Shown here one piece after another: positions 1 through 8,965 of a DNA stretch of 64,000 nucleotides. Where the stretch lies: contig OZ252258.1 of assembly GCA_965249945.1 (NCBI GenBank), forward strand, positions 2,563,375 through 2,627,374. Reading direction: 5' to 3'. Numbering within the stretch: position 1 is the first letter of the stretch; every line of letters begins with the position of its first letter. Source of the stretch: Erythrobacter sp. (GTDB lineage: Bacteria > Pseudomonadota > Alphaproteobacteria > Sphingomonadales > Sphingomonadaceae). The notes below the pieces were generated by a model. That model saw only the letters and a program-made list of their open reading frames with translations. It searched no databases and was not told the origin of the DNA. A program made the position numbers and the translations under genes.

Positions 1-282
1 GACCCCTTGCTCAGCGCTTTCATCATAATGGGCGGAGTTGTTACGACCGTGCCGCTTCTGCTGTTTGCGGTCGCAGCCCGCCGAATGGACTATTCGACAC
101 TGGGTTTCTTCCAATATCTCGCGCCGACAATCGTGTTTTTCCTGGGGCTGACAGTGTTTGCCGAGCCGCTCAAGCCAATTCAGCTCGCCAGCTTCGTTCT
201 GATATGGACCGCTGTCGCTTTGTTTGTTGGTGACATGTGGTTGCGAACCCGAAGGGCACGCAGAGCTTCGGCAACGGCTTAG
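1..282 (+). CDS. rarD: EamA/RarD-family permease, C-terminal part (5' end outside window)
   Basis: Frame 1 is open from the window edge. The hydrophobic multi-TM tail (VPLLLFAVAARRMDYSTLGFFQYLAPT...) is typical of RarD/EamA transporters. Confidence 0.6.
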   Translation, partial: DPLLSAFIIMGGVVTTVPLLLFAVAARRMDYSTLGFFQYLAPTIVFFLGLTVFAEPLKPIQLASFVLIWTAVALFVGDMWLRTRRARRASATA

Positions 283-1316
283 CCAACCAGTCGCCATGCA
301 ATGGTTTCACCAGCATGGAACGGGACGATCTCCTCATCGAAAATCGGCAGCGCATCAGGGACGAGCACCTCGACCCGTTCCAATGTCACGGTCTCCTCAT
401 TGACCGGCAGATTGTAGAATTGCGGACCATGGAGCGAAGCAAAGCCCTCGAAGTGATCCAGCCTGTTCTCTTGGTCAAACACGGTCAGATAGCTCTCCAA
501 GGCGTGAGGTGCATTGAAGATTCCAGCACATCCGCAGGAAGTCTCCTTCGCACTGCGAAGATGCGGTGCGCTGTCGGTCCCCAGAAAGAACTTCGGAGAA
601 CCCGAGGTGGCTGCCTTGCGCAAGGCCAGACGGTGCATCTCGCGCTTGGCTACCGGCAGGCAATAGGCATGCGGACGAATTCCGCCGACCAGCATCGCGT
701 TGCGATTGATGTGCAGGTGCTGTGGCGTGATCGTCGCAGCAACTCTTGCCCTCGCCTCGGTCACGAACTCAACTGCCTCCAAAGTGGTAATGTGCTCAAA
801 CGCGACACGCAGCATCGGAAAGTCACGGACAATGGCATTGAGATGCCGCTCGATGAATTCCGCTTCACGATCGAAGATATCAATCTCATCCTCAACCACT
901 TCGCCATGGATACAGAGCACGATGTCTTCGCGCTCCATCCGCTCGAACACAGGATAGAGCTTGGACACGTCGCTGACGCCATGCGCTGAATTGGTCGTGG
1001 CATTCGCGGGATAGAGTTTGGCCGCGGTGAAGACGCCGTCTCTTGCCCCTTGAGCCAGGTCGTCTGGATCGGTGTCATCGGTCAGATAGCAGGTCATCAG
1101 GGGCGTGAAGTCGATCCCGGCCGGCACCGCTGCGAGGATTCGATCACGATAGGCTGCCCCCATCGCAGTAGTTGTCACCGGCGGAGACAGATTGGGCATG
1201 ACGATCGCCCGTGCGAACTGTCGCGCGGTGTAAGGGACCACGTCCCGCATGATGTCATCATCACGAAAATGAAGGTGCCAGTCGTCCGGGCGTCGGATGG
1301 TAATTCGGTCAGTCAT
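279..1316 (-). CDS. pyrC: dihydroorotase, homodimeric type
   Basis: 345 aa. The N-terminal RRPDDWHLHFRD metal-binding HxH and overall PyrC class II pattern are present (VMPNL, CIHGE, TPQHL, GTDSAPH). Confidence 0.9.
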   Translation of the reverse strand: MTDRITIRRPDDWHLHFRDDDIMRDVVPYTARQFARAIVMPNLSPPVTTTAMGAAYRDRILAAVPAGIDFTPLMTCYLTDDTDPDDLAQGARDGVFTAAKLYPANATTNSAHGVSDVSKLYPVFERMEREDIVLCIHGEVVEDEIDIFDREAEFIERHLNAIVRDFPMLRVAFEHITTLEAVEFVTEARARVAATITPQHLHINRNAMLVGGIRPHAYCLPVAKREMHRLALRKAATSGSPKFFLGTDSAPHLRSAKETSCGCAGIFNAPHALESYLTVFDQENRLDHFEGFASLHGPQFYNLPVNEETVTLERVEVLVPDALPIFDEEIVPFHAGETIAWRLVG

Positions 1317-1384
1317 CGTAACTTTACCCTAAATCGTGCCGCAGGGACTTTCCACCGAAACCGCTCTCAACTAGGGCAAATTTC

Positions 1385-2278
1385 ATGCCCAAAATCGCCT
1401 TTCTCGCCTGCGAAACAACCCTGCCCGGTGCTGGCCAGCGCCGCGAGGATGCGTTCGAGCATGATCTCATGATCCAATCGATCGAACCCGCCCTCGCGGC
1501 GCGCAGTCTGGAACTGCGCGTGATCGACTGGGAAGCATCGATCCAGGCCTTTGACGGCGTGGATCTCGCTCTGCTTGGAACGTCATGGAACTATCAGGAC
1601 AAGCCGGAAGAATTCCTGTCCAAGCTAGAGAAGCTTGAGGAAAGCGGAATAGAGGTCTGTAATTCCTCGCAAGTGGTGCGGTGGAACATCCACAAGACTT
1701 ATCTGCGCGAATTGGCAGAGGCCGGTGCCAAGACGATCCCGACGTTGTGGCGCGAAACCGTGACCTACAAAGGAGTGCAGGAAGCATTTGAAGTGTTCGG
1801 CTGCGACAAGGTTGTGGTCAAACGCCAGGTTGGGGCCGGCGCGCTCGGCCAGGAGCTCGTCTCACGCGGTGCCCTTCCCCCTCGCGAGTGGAGCTTTGGC
1901 GCCCCAGCCATGATCCAGCCCTTCCTGCCAGCGATCCAGGATCAGGGAGAGCTCAGCTTCATCTTTGTCGATGGCAAGCTGAGCCATGTCTTGCGCAAGC
2001 TCCCTGATTCCGGCGACTATCGCATCCAGTCACTCTATGGCGGGCAGGAATCCATGTACGAACCCGCAGCAGAGGAAGTAGCTCAGGCGAACGCAATTCT
2101 TGAGGCCTTGCCGTTTGAAACACCGCTCTACGCCAGAATCGACATGCTGGCGGCGGGCCCGGGTGAGCTCTTGCTTATGGAAGCGGAGCTGGTGGAACCC
2201 TATCTCTATCCCGAACAAGGACCGGATCTGGGCGAACGCATTGCTCAAGCGGTCGCTGATAGAGTGTCTTCGCTATGA
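1385..2278 (+). CDS. ATP-grasp domain protein (RimK/glutathione-synthetase-like), function unknown
   Basis: 297 aa with ATP-grasp-like layout (NSSQVVRWNIHKTYL...VVKRQVGAGA...EAELVEP). Its stop overlaps the next start (ATGA at 2275). Confidence 0.55.
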   Translation: MPKIAFLACETTLPGAGQRREDAFEHDLMIQSIEPALAARSLELRVIDWEASIQAFDGVDLALLGTSWNYQDKPEEFLSKLEKLEESGIEVCNSSQVVRWNIHKTYLRELAEAGAKTIPTLWRETVTYKGVQEAFEVFGCDKVVVKRQVGAGALGQELVSRGALPPREWSFGAPAMIQPFLPAIQDQGELSFIFVDGKLSHVLRKLPDSGDYRIQSLYGGQESMYEPAAEEVAQANAILEALPFETPLYARIDMLAAGPGELLLMEAELVEPYLYPEQGPDLGERIAQAVADRVSSL

Positions 2279-3024
2279 CCAATACTGTTCTGAAACAAAG
2301 AGCAATTGTCCGTCTGACCCCGCTCGATACTGACGAAGATGTCGGCGGCTTCTTGCAAGGTCTGGTGACCAATGATGTCGGCGGTGACCTGCCCGTGTAC
2401 GCCGCATTGCTGTCGGCTCAGGGCAAATCGATGTTCGACTTTCTCGTCTGGGAGGGGGGACAGGGATCGCTGCTGCTGGATTGCGAAGCCGAAGTCGCAG
2501 ACGATTTGGCAAAGCGGCTTTCGCTTTACCGTCTGCGCCGCAAGATAGAGATCATCCGCGATGACACCTTGTCAGTTCATTGGAGCACCGAGCCGCATGA
2601 CGGAGCATCGCCTGACCCTCGGATGCCTGAGCTGGGATTCCGCTGGTTGAGCCAAGGCAAAGCGAGTGCGGACAACGATTCTGCAGATGCTCAATGGCTT
2701 GCACACAGGCTTGGGCTTGGGGTCCCTGAAGGGACCCATGAGCTGGGCGACATCCTATGGCTCGAAACCAATGCGGTCGAACTCAACGGCGTGAGCTTTG
2801 AGAAGGGTTGCTACATCGGCCAGGAAAACACCGCCCGAATGAACTGGCGGCAAAAGGTCAATCGGCGACTGGTGGTGGTGCCGATCGAAAGCTCGAACGA
2901 AAAGCGCCAGAAAGCCGCACATGCTCAGCTGGGCCTGGCCATTGATCATCTTCGCGTGGCTGATCTCGATCCCGGCACATTACCCGATTGGCAAAGAACG
3001 GGTATCAGCCCTCCTGCTGAATAG
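2275..3024 (+). CDS. ygfZ: folate-binding YgfZ/CAF17-family protein
   Basis: 249 aa with the signature KGCYIGQE motif (SFEKGCYIGQENTARM). Confidence 0.8.
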   Translation: MTNTVLKQRAIVRLTPLDTDEDVGGFLQGLVTNDVGGDLPVYAALLSAQGKSMFDFLVWEGGQGSLLLDCEAEVADDLAKRLSLYRLRRKIEIIRDDTLSVHWSTEPHDGASPDPRMPELGFRWLSQGKASADNDSADAQWLAHRLGLGVPEGTHELGDILWLETNAVELNGVSFEKGCYIGQENTARMNWRQKVNRRLVVVPIESSNEKRQKAAHAQLGLAIDHLRVADLDPGTLPDWQRTGISPPAE

Positions 3025-3643
3025 TTCGCTCCAGCGATTGTTCGAGCATCACCTGCGCGCGATCACGGGCAGCAGTGTCTGGCAGGCCGAGAGATCGAGC
3101 CAGAGCCGAACCAATCAGCGCATCTCCCATCGCCATCAGCACCAGAACCAGGGTTTCCTCGTAAACATGGGTGACTGAGCCGTTCTCATCAGCATCGGCC
3201 GGAGCGATATCGTCCATCAGTTGGTGGATGGTCTCGACGATCGGGCTCAATGCATCTTCATTGCCGGTCAGGATCATCCAGCTCGCGAGGGCTCCGGCGC
3301 CTTCCTTGTCAAAGGCATCAAACGCCAGATCGACCACTTCGCGCGACGTCCCGAGACCCGCGCGACTGGCTTCGACTGCGTGCTTGATCGTTTCGCAAAC
3401 AGTTTCGGAAAGATACCGCGCGAGCTCTTTCTGCAGCCCGGCAGCGGAGCCGAAATGGTGCAGCAAGTTTGCATGAGTCCGCCCCACCCTGGCCGACACC
3501 GCTTTGAGCGTAACCGCCTGGGGACCCGCCTCGATCAACAGGCCACGCGCCGCCTCCAGCGCAGAATTGCGGGATTCTTCCGGTGAAAGTCGCTTTCGGG
3601 TCGCCACTAGCTGCTTGCCCCCGAAGTTTTGAACATGTCGCAA
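3005..3643 (-). CDS. TetR/AcrR family transcriptional regulator
   Basis: 212 aa. N-terminal TetR HTH (ALEAARGLLIEAGPQAVTLKAVSARVGRTHANLLHHFGS). Confidence 0.8.
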   Translation of the reverse strand: MRHVQNFGGKQLVATRKRLSPEESRNSALEAARGLLIEAGPQAVTLKAVSARVGRTHANLLHHFGSAAGLQKELARYLSETVCETIKHAVEASRAGLGTSREVVDLAFDAFDKEGAGALASWMILTGNEDALSPIVETIHQLMDDIAPADADENGSVTHVYEETLVLVLMAMGDALIGSALARSLGLPDTAARDRAQVMLEQSLERTIQQEG

Positions 3644-3724
3644 GTCATCCCCCTTCGCCTAAAGCGGGTTTTGGGCCGCTGCAAGGGCTTGGCTGTGGGT
3701 ACGACCAACGGATCATGCCTGACG

Positions 3725-4276
3725 TCAGGCTGCGCGCTTGCGCTCCACCATGCCTTCGGCATCAGCCTCATAAGCATATTCGACTGTGTCGCAGTCTTCG
3801 CCGCGCCCCAGCGAATGCCGTTTGGCCACCACGCCGGTCGGAACAAATCCGATCTTGCGCAGCACTTTCCCTGACGCAGGATTGTCGACAAAGTGCGCTG
3901 CTATCAGCCGGTTGTGCCCAAGCGCCCGAGCAACTCGCAGGGCGGCATGGCCTGCCTCAGTTGCGTAGCCCTTGCCCCAGTGCTTGCGAGCGATCCAATA
4001 ACCCAGCTCAACCCCGGCTTCGGTATCGTCGATCCCAAGGCAACCAACGATCTCAGCATTGGCAGCCTGAGTCACCAGGAATTTGGGCAGCGTCGGATCG
4101 ATCGGACGCTCAGCGAACTCGCGTGCATGCTGCTCGTGATAGGGCCATGGCGCTCTCGCCAGATTGCGCACCACTCCCTCATCCGCGATCCCACGGAATA
4201 TACCTTGCCAGTCTTCCCGCCAGATTGGCCGCAACAGCAATCTTTCACTGCGATGGAACATGAGTTTCCTCCTCAT
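3725..4276 (-). CDS. GNAT family N-acetyltransferase (RimJ/RimL-like)
   Basis: 183 aa. GNAT motif A region (LGYWIARKHWGKGYATEAGHAAL). Confidence 0.8.
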   Translation of the reverse strand: MRRKLMFHRSERLLLRPIWREDWQGIFRGIADEGVVRNLARAPWPYHEQHAREFAERPIDPTLPKFLVTQAANAEIVGCLGIDDTEAGVELGYWIARKHWGKGYATEAGHAALRVARALGHNRLIAAHFVDNPASGKVLRKIGFVPTGVVAKRHSLGRGEDCDTVEYAYEADAEGMVERKRAA

Positions 4277-4366
4277 CGCCTTGCGTCCCTCCCTTACCAG
4301 GGGCGCATGACAGTTACGTTGCCGTGAAACATTATTGCCTCACAGCTTTATTGAGGGAGAAACGAC

Positions 4367-4399
4367 AAGAGGGAGACGGGTCGGCCCCATCTCCCTCTT
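4367..4399 (-). terminator. intrinsic terminator-like hairpin downstream of rpmA
   Basis: Perfect arms AAGAGGGAGA / TCTCCCTCTT with a GC-rich inner stem, 64 nt after the rpmA stop. It is followed on the minus strand by GTCGTTTCTCCC, a modest U tract. Confidence 0.5.
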
Positions 4400-4462
4400 C
4401 GTCTGCCGGCTATCTCCGGCTGGGACCGTCCCGTTGGACGATCCCTTTCACGAACCGTCCGG

Positions 4463-4732
4463 CTATTCGGCTGCTTCCGCAATCATGTCGACTGAGACAT
4501 ATTTGCGGCCGAGCTTGCCTTTGTGGAATCGCACCACGCCCGCTTCGAGTGCGAAGAGGGTGTGATCCTTGCCCATGCCGACATTGCTGCCCGGATAGAA
4601 TTTGGTACCGCGCTGACGCACGATGATGTTGCCGCCGATCACGTCCTGACCGCCGAACTTCTTCACACCGAGGCGACGACCGGCTGAGTCGCGACCGTTA
4701 CGTGACGAACCACCTGCTTTTTTATGTGCCAT
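4463..4732 (-). CDS. rpmA: 50S ribosomal protein L27
   Basis: [29 protein letters not shown] is the invariant L27 N-terminus. Confidence 0.95.
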   Translation of the reverse strand: MAHKKAGGSSRNGRDSAGRRLGVKKFGGQDVIGGNIIVRQRGTKFYPGSNVGMGKDHTLFALEAGVVRFHKGKLGRKYVSVDMIAEAAE

Positions 4733-4744
4733 CGTCCGTTATCC

Positions 4745-5275
4745 TTACTTCTTGTCAGCGGCCTTGGGCGCTGCCTTCTTGGCGGGTGCCTTCTTGGCCG
4801 GAGCTTTCTTTGCGGCTGCCTTAGGCGCTGCCTTCTTGGCCGGAGCCTTTTTGGCGGCTGCTTTCTTGGCCGGCGCCTTCTTCGCTGCGGCCTTCTTAGC
4901 TGGCGCAGCTTTCTTTTCCGTTGCCGGAGCTGCTTCCTTGGCCGGTGCTGCCTTCTTGGCCGGAGCCTTCTTGGCGCCAGTGCCCACATCGGTGATCCGC
5001 AGCAGCGTCATCTGCTGGCGATGACCAGCCTTGCGGCGATAGTTGTGACGGCGACGCTTCTTGAAAACGACGACCTTTTCGCTCTTGGCTTGGGCGATGA
5101 TCTCAGCCGAAACGGTCACTTTCGTAGCGTCGGCCAGGGTCTCACCCTCGCCCGCCAAAAGGACATCGCCCAGCGTGATCGTATCGCCGGCTTCGCCTGC
5201 GAGCTTTTCAACGGCAATTTTGTCTCCAGCGGCAACTCGATATTGCTTGCCGCCTGTGCGCACGACTGCGAACAT
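4745..5275 (-). CDS. rplU: 50S ribosomal protein L21 with a 76-aa Lys/Ala-rich C-terminal extension
   Basis: [14 protein letters not shown]... L21 core of about 100 aa, followed by [10 protein letters not shown] repeats. It lies immediately upstream of rpmA as in the conserved rplU-rpmA operon. Confidence 0.9.
   Translation of the reverse strand: MFAVVRTGGKQYRVAAGDKIAVEKLAGEAGDTITLGDVLLAGEGETLADATKVTVSAEIIAQAKSEKVVVFKKRRRHNYRRKAGHRQQMTLLRITDVGTGAKKAPAKKAAPAKEAAPATEKKAAPAKKAAAKKAPAKKAAAKKAPAKKAAPKAAAKKAPAKKAPAKKAAPKAADKK
4748..4975 (-). repeat. in-frame degenerate tandem repeats encoding (A/P)AKKA units (L21 tail)
   Basis: Repeating gccttcttggc(c/g)gg(a/t/c)gcc-type units. All six frames stay open here, which produces several shadow ORFs in the track. 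Confidence 0.8.
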
Positions 5276-5478
5276 GGCTAAATACTCTCATTCTAAAGCT
5301 GTGCCCGATCCCAAGGAAGAACCGCGAAAACCAGGCGCATTTGCCGCGCCGCTTGTGAGCAGCGCCGGAAAGATGCGTGCCGTTAAGGGAAAGGCGCGCG
5401 CAAGTCAACGATTCTCCGGCGACATTTTCGATTAAGCGCTCGTCCGGTTTCTCTAGCGTCCGGTGCCAGACATGCTAA

Positions 5479-6000
5479 ATGACTTTCCCTATGGGATCAC
5501 AACACGGTCATCTGATTTGGACGTTGGGAATTGCGTGTCTTCTGGGCGCCTGCTCAGCCAATCCGGACCGCTATCCCTCTTTGGCTGTGCGCGATGCGGA
5601 GCGCGTGACCGGGACGTTTGATCCAGCACAGCGCCCTGCGCCGGAACAGGTTGCGCCAGTGGCCGATGCGATCACGCTCGACGCACTCGTTGCCAGAGCC
5701 GAGGCTGCGCACAAACGGTTTCTTGATTCTGCCCCTGGCACCACCCGCCTGGTGGAAGCTTCACAGGGCCTAGGGCCTGAGAGCAATGAATGGTCGCGCG
5801 CGCAAACCGCTCTGGCGGATCTGCAATCGCACCGCAGCGATGCCGCAATCGCGCTGGGGGATATTGATTTGCTCGCGGCCGAAGCGGCGACGACTTTCGC
5901 GCCAAGAGAAGAGATTGCAGCGGCTCAGGCCAAGGTCAGTGCCTGGGTGGATGAGCAAGATCGTACCCTCACCCGACTTGTAGGAGTGGCCGCCCCATGA
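5479..6000 (+). CDS. hypothetical lipoprotein
   Basis: 173 aa. Signal peptide with lipobox LLGAC, and Ala/Glu-rich mature part. The stop overlaps the fnrL start (ATGA at 5997). Confidence 0.55.
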   Translation: MTFPMGSQHGHLIWTLGIACLLGACSANPDRYPSLAVRDAERVTGTFDPAQRPAPEQVAPVADAITLDALVARAEAAHKRFLDSAPGTTRLVEASQGLGPESNEWSRAQTALADLQSHRSDAAIALGDIDLLAAEAATTFAPREEIAAAQAKVSAWVDEQDRTLTRLVGVAAP

Positions 6001-6701
6001 ACCTCGCTTGTGCAGATTGCCCGGTAAGAGACAGCGCAGCCTGTTCGGTTTTGACCGAGGAGGAACGTGACGCCTTGGCAGCAGCCGGTCGCACCCGCGT
6101 GCTAAAGCGCGGGGAAATGCTGTTCGCCGCAGGGGATGAGGACGCCGCTTGCGCGACTCTGGTGTCTGGCGCGCTCAAAGTCTCGGCAGTGGATGTCGAC
6201 GGGAATGAGCAGATTCTCTCGCTGGTGCATCCGGCGGGCTTTGTTGGAGAGATGTTTGCTCCGTTCGCGCATTATGATGTCGTGGCTTTGACCGAGAGCA
6301 GGCTGTGCACCTTTGCCAAGGTGGATTTGGAAGCGGGACTAACAACCTATCCGGCGCTCACCCGCGCTCTGCTCCGGCGCAGCCAGGAAGACCTCTACTC
6401 AACCCGCAGCCTGCTGGAATTGACCGCTCATGCCAGTGCCGAGGCGCGTTTGGCGGCGATGCTGTGCGATTTTGCGAAGGCCGCAAGCCATTCGCCATGC
6501 CATGCCGCCGCGGAGTTTGAACTGCCGCTAACGCGCGGCGAAATCGCCAATATGCTCGGCCTGACAATCGAGACCGTCAGCCGCAAACTCGGCGAGCTCG
6601 AAGATGTCGGCGCGATCAAGCGCAAAGGCAAGCGCGGGATCGAGTTGCTCGACCCCGCGCACCTGCAGGCCCTCTCCGGAAGGACCGAGGAGTTTGGCTA
6701 A
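5997..6701 (+). CDS. fnrL: Crp/Fnr family transcriptional regulator, FnrL/FnrN type oxygen sensor
   Basis: 234 aa. It has the N-terminal Cys-x2-Cys-x7-Cys motif (C5, C8, C16), a central Cys (SRLCTF), and a C-terminal HTH with ETVSR (the E--SR recognition motif of FNR-class proteins). Confidence 0.85.
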   Translation: MNLACADCPVRDSAACSVLTEEERDALAAAGRTRVLKRGEMLFAAGDEDAACATLVSGALKVSAVDVDGNEQILSLVHPAGFVGEMFAPFAHYDVVALTESRLCTFAKVDLEAGLTTYPALTRALLRRSQEDLYSTRSLLELTAHASAEARLAAMLCDFAKAASHSPCHAAAEFELPLTRGEIANMLGLTIETVSRKLGELEDVGAIKRKGKRGIELLDPAHLQALSGRTEEFG

Positions 6702-6706
6702 CCGCG

Positions 6707-7150
6707 TCAAACCAGCGCGGCTATCGTCACCACCGCAACTCCCCAGAGCACAATAAGGACCGGCAGGATAAGCATTTGGATGGTCGCATCGCGCGCGCTG
6801 CAGCGACCGGTGTGTGTCACAATACCCTGTTTGACGAACACGCCCCAGGTCTTGGGTTGAGCGACATCATCGGGTTTCAGGCGGGTCCAAATAGTCGGCA
6901 CCGCAAATCCAGCGATGATGATGCCAGCGAAGATTGCCATTGGAATGCCCAGCTCTGGCGTGGCGAAAGCCGCGAGGGTCAGTCCAAGGAAACCGAGATA
7001 GCAAGCCACGGTGGTGGCAAACAACCCAGTGGGCAGTTCAAAGCTGCGGTCGTGCTCTAACTGATGAATCGCCTTTTCTGGCTTGGCTTCGGGCGCATCG
7101 ACGATCCGCGCCTTTCCTGTTTCGACGAAATCTGTGACCAATTCGCTCAT
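6707..7150 (-). CDS. hypothetical membrane protein (3-4 TM)
   Basis: 147 aa with hydrophobic segments. AAGGAG-type SD upstream, and an FNR-type box 53 nt upstream of the ATG. Confidence 0.6.
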   Translation of the reverse strand: MSELVTDFVETGKARIVDAPEAKPEKAIHQLEHDRSFELPTGLFATTVACYLGFLGLTLAAFATPELGIPMAIFAGIIIAGFAVPTIWTRLKPDDVAQPKTWGVFVKQGIVTHTGRCSARDATIQMLILPVLIVLWGVAVVTIAALV

Positions 7151-7202
7151 TGAATTTCTCCTTCCGATGAATCGGAAGTAGGCGGGCTCTCAGTCCGGCG
7201 CT

Positions 7203-7216
7203 TTGACCCAGATCAA
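7203..7216 (-). promoter_or_regulatory. FNR/FixK-type box TTGACCCAGATCAA (one mismatch to TTGAT-N4-ATCAA)
   Basis: Read directly from the sequence. It is centred 59.5 nt upstream of the ATG at 7150 and overlaps the moaE stop. Confidence 0.5.
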
Positions 7217-7668
7217 TTGTCGGGATTTGCTTCCCATCGAGCGAGATCGGCATAGTCATCAGAGCGCGGCTCAATCCAGTGCCAACCATCCTCACGCAAT
7301 TCGCGTTTCCAGAACCAGGCGGCACTCTTGAGATGGTCCATACAATAATCAACCGCCTGAATGGCACCGCGGCGATGCGCGGCGGCCGCAGCGACACAGA
7401 CAATCGGCTCGCCCGGCTGCATTTCGCCTGAGCGGTGGATCATGACAATACCGAGCAGTTCAAACCGCCTGATCGCCTCGCGCGCCAGCGCTTCCATCGA
7501 AGGAAGCGTGAGCGGTTCATAATGCGAAAGCTCGAGCGCTTTGACGCCCCCGGCGCGGACCTGGCCAACAAAGCTCGCGATTCCGCCAGCCTCTGGAATC
7601 TGCTTGGCCAGGGCATTCACCGACGGATGGGGATCGAATGGCTCGATCAACAGGCGGATGTCAAACAC
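7213..7668 (-). CDS. moaE: molybdopterin synthase catalytic subunit
   Basis: 151 aa with typical MoaE sequence (GGIASFVGQVR...IVMIHRSGEM.PGE..V.VA...HR..A). Confidence 0.9.
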   Translation of the reverse strand: MFDIRLLIEPFDPHPSVNALAKQIPEAGGIASFVGQVRAGGVKALELSHYEPLTLPSMEALAREAIRRFELLGIVMIHRSGEMQPGEPIVCVAAAAAHRRGAIQAVDYCMDHLKSAAWFWKRELREDGWHWIEPRSDDYADLARWEANPDN

Positions 7669-7674
7669 GGGAGC

Positions 7675-7917
7675 TCAGCCGCCCGAAACAGGCGGCAGAA
7701 GCGCTACCTCGTCGCCCTCCTGCGCGGACAATTGCGTCTTGTCTCCGAGGACCTTGCCACCGCATGCGACATTGATGCGTTCTGCCTCGAGCTGCTCACT
7801 GACTTCCGGCGAGACTGCGGCCAAGAGGCCGGGCCAATCCAAGGGCGCCGTCAGTTCGACGCTGTCGGAGCCTGCCATGTCGCGCAGCGGACCAAGGAAG
7901 AGAACCTTGACGCTCAC
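7675..7917 (-). CDS. moaD: molybdopterin synthase sulfur carrier subunit
   Basis: 80 aa from GTG at 7917 (VSVKVLFLGPLRDMAG...), ending in the obligatory C-terminal GG. The longer ATG start at 8052 would run deep into moaA. Confidence 0.8.
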   Translation of the reverse strand: MSVKVLFLGPLRDMAGSDSVELTAPLDWPGLLAAVSPEVSEQLEAERINVACGGKVLGDKTQLSAQEGDEVALLPPVSGG

Positions 7918-7918
7918 C

Positions 7919-8965
7919 CTAACCGCCGGTGGTCGACATATGGCGAGGAAGGTGCGGATCGGCCCCGCGCTTGTTGATCTCGAAGTGATGCCGTTCCGGC
8001 TTGATCGCCATCGCCTCGTTGAGCGCCAGCGCAAGATTGCGCATGGGATCATCGGACCGCAGCGCTGCGCGCAGATCGACCCGCTCTCCTCCGCCGAGGC
8101 AAGGATAGAGCTGACCGGTTGCGGTCACACGCAGGCGGTTGCAGCCTGAACAGAAATTGCCTGTCAGCGGCGTGATCAACCCCAACCTGCCACCAGTCTC
8201 TGCGACATCATAATAGCGCGCGGGCCCACCGGTCGCGTGGCTGCTTTCACTCAAAGTCCAGTTCTTCTCGAGCTGTTCCTTGACCTGCGGCAGCGGCAGG
8301 TAGTGATCCACCCGGTCTTCATCGACTTCGCCCAGTGGCATGACTTCGATCAGAGTCACATCGTGGCCCTGGCCATGCGCCCAAGCGATCAGATCGGGCA
8401 ATTCGCCCTGATTGATATCCTTCAGCGCCACGGCGTTGAGTTTGACCTTGAGACCTGCCTCCTTGGCCGCAGCGATTCCCTCAAGCACCTTGGGCAGGGC
8501 ATCGCGGCGCGTCAGTTCGGCGAACTTCTCGCGATCGAGCGTGTCGAGCGAGACATTGACCCTGCGGACTCCGGCTTTGGCCAGATCATCCGCGTGCTGT
8601 GCCAATTGGGTAGCATTGGTGGTCAGAGTCAGCTCTTCCAGGCCATGCCCCAGCCGACGACCGAGCGCGGTGAAGAGATCGATGATGTCGCGCCGAACCA
8701 GCGGCTCACCGCCGGTGATCCGGAGCTTGGTAACGCCGCGATCGATGAAGCCGGTCGATAGCTCGAACAATTCCTCCAGCGACAGCACTTCCTTGCGCGG
8801 CAGGAATTTCATCTTCTCCGGCATGCAATAGGTGCAGCGCAGGTCGCAGCGATCTGTAACCGAAAGTCGAAGATAGGTGATCCGCCGCTGAAACGCGTCG
8901 ATCAAGGGTGCCCTATTGTCCGAGACTTTCAGAAAGTCGCGATTTCTGATCCCAATCTCATTCAT
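7919..8965 (-). CDS. moaA: GTP 3',8-cyclase (radical SAM)
   Basis: CDLRCTYCMP radical-SAM cluster motif and a C-terminal CSGCNRLRVTATGQLYPCL second cluster. The start is taken at MNEIG (8965), which overlaps the upstream stop by 8 nt. Confidence 0.9.
   Translation of the reverse strand: MNEIGIRNRDFLKVSDNRAPLIDAFQRRITYLRLSVTDRCDLRCTYCMPEKMKFLPRKEVLSLEELFELSTGFIDRGVTKLRITGGEPLVRRDIIDLFTALGRRLGHGLEELTLTTNATQLAQHADDLAKAGVRRVNVSLDTLDREKFAELTRRDALPKVLEGIAAAKEAGLKVKLNAVALKDINQGELPDLIAWAHGQGHDVTLIEVMPLGEVDEDRVDHYLPLPQVKEQLEKNWTLSESSHATGGPARYYDVAETGGRLGLITPLTGNFCSGCNRLRVTATGQLYPCLGGGERVDLRAALRSDDPMRNLALALNEAMAIKPERHHFEINKRGADPHLPRHMSTTGG

Noticed and set aside
4663-5281. Several 90-185-aa ORFs on both strands over the rplU tail (Arg/Pro-rich, Leu/Gly/Cys-rich, Ala/Phe-rich)
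   Set aside because: They are frame shadows created by the tandem AKKA-coding repeat. Only the L21 frame is contiguous with a recognisable protein core.
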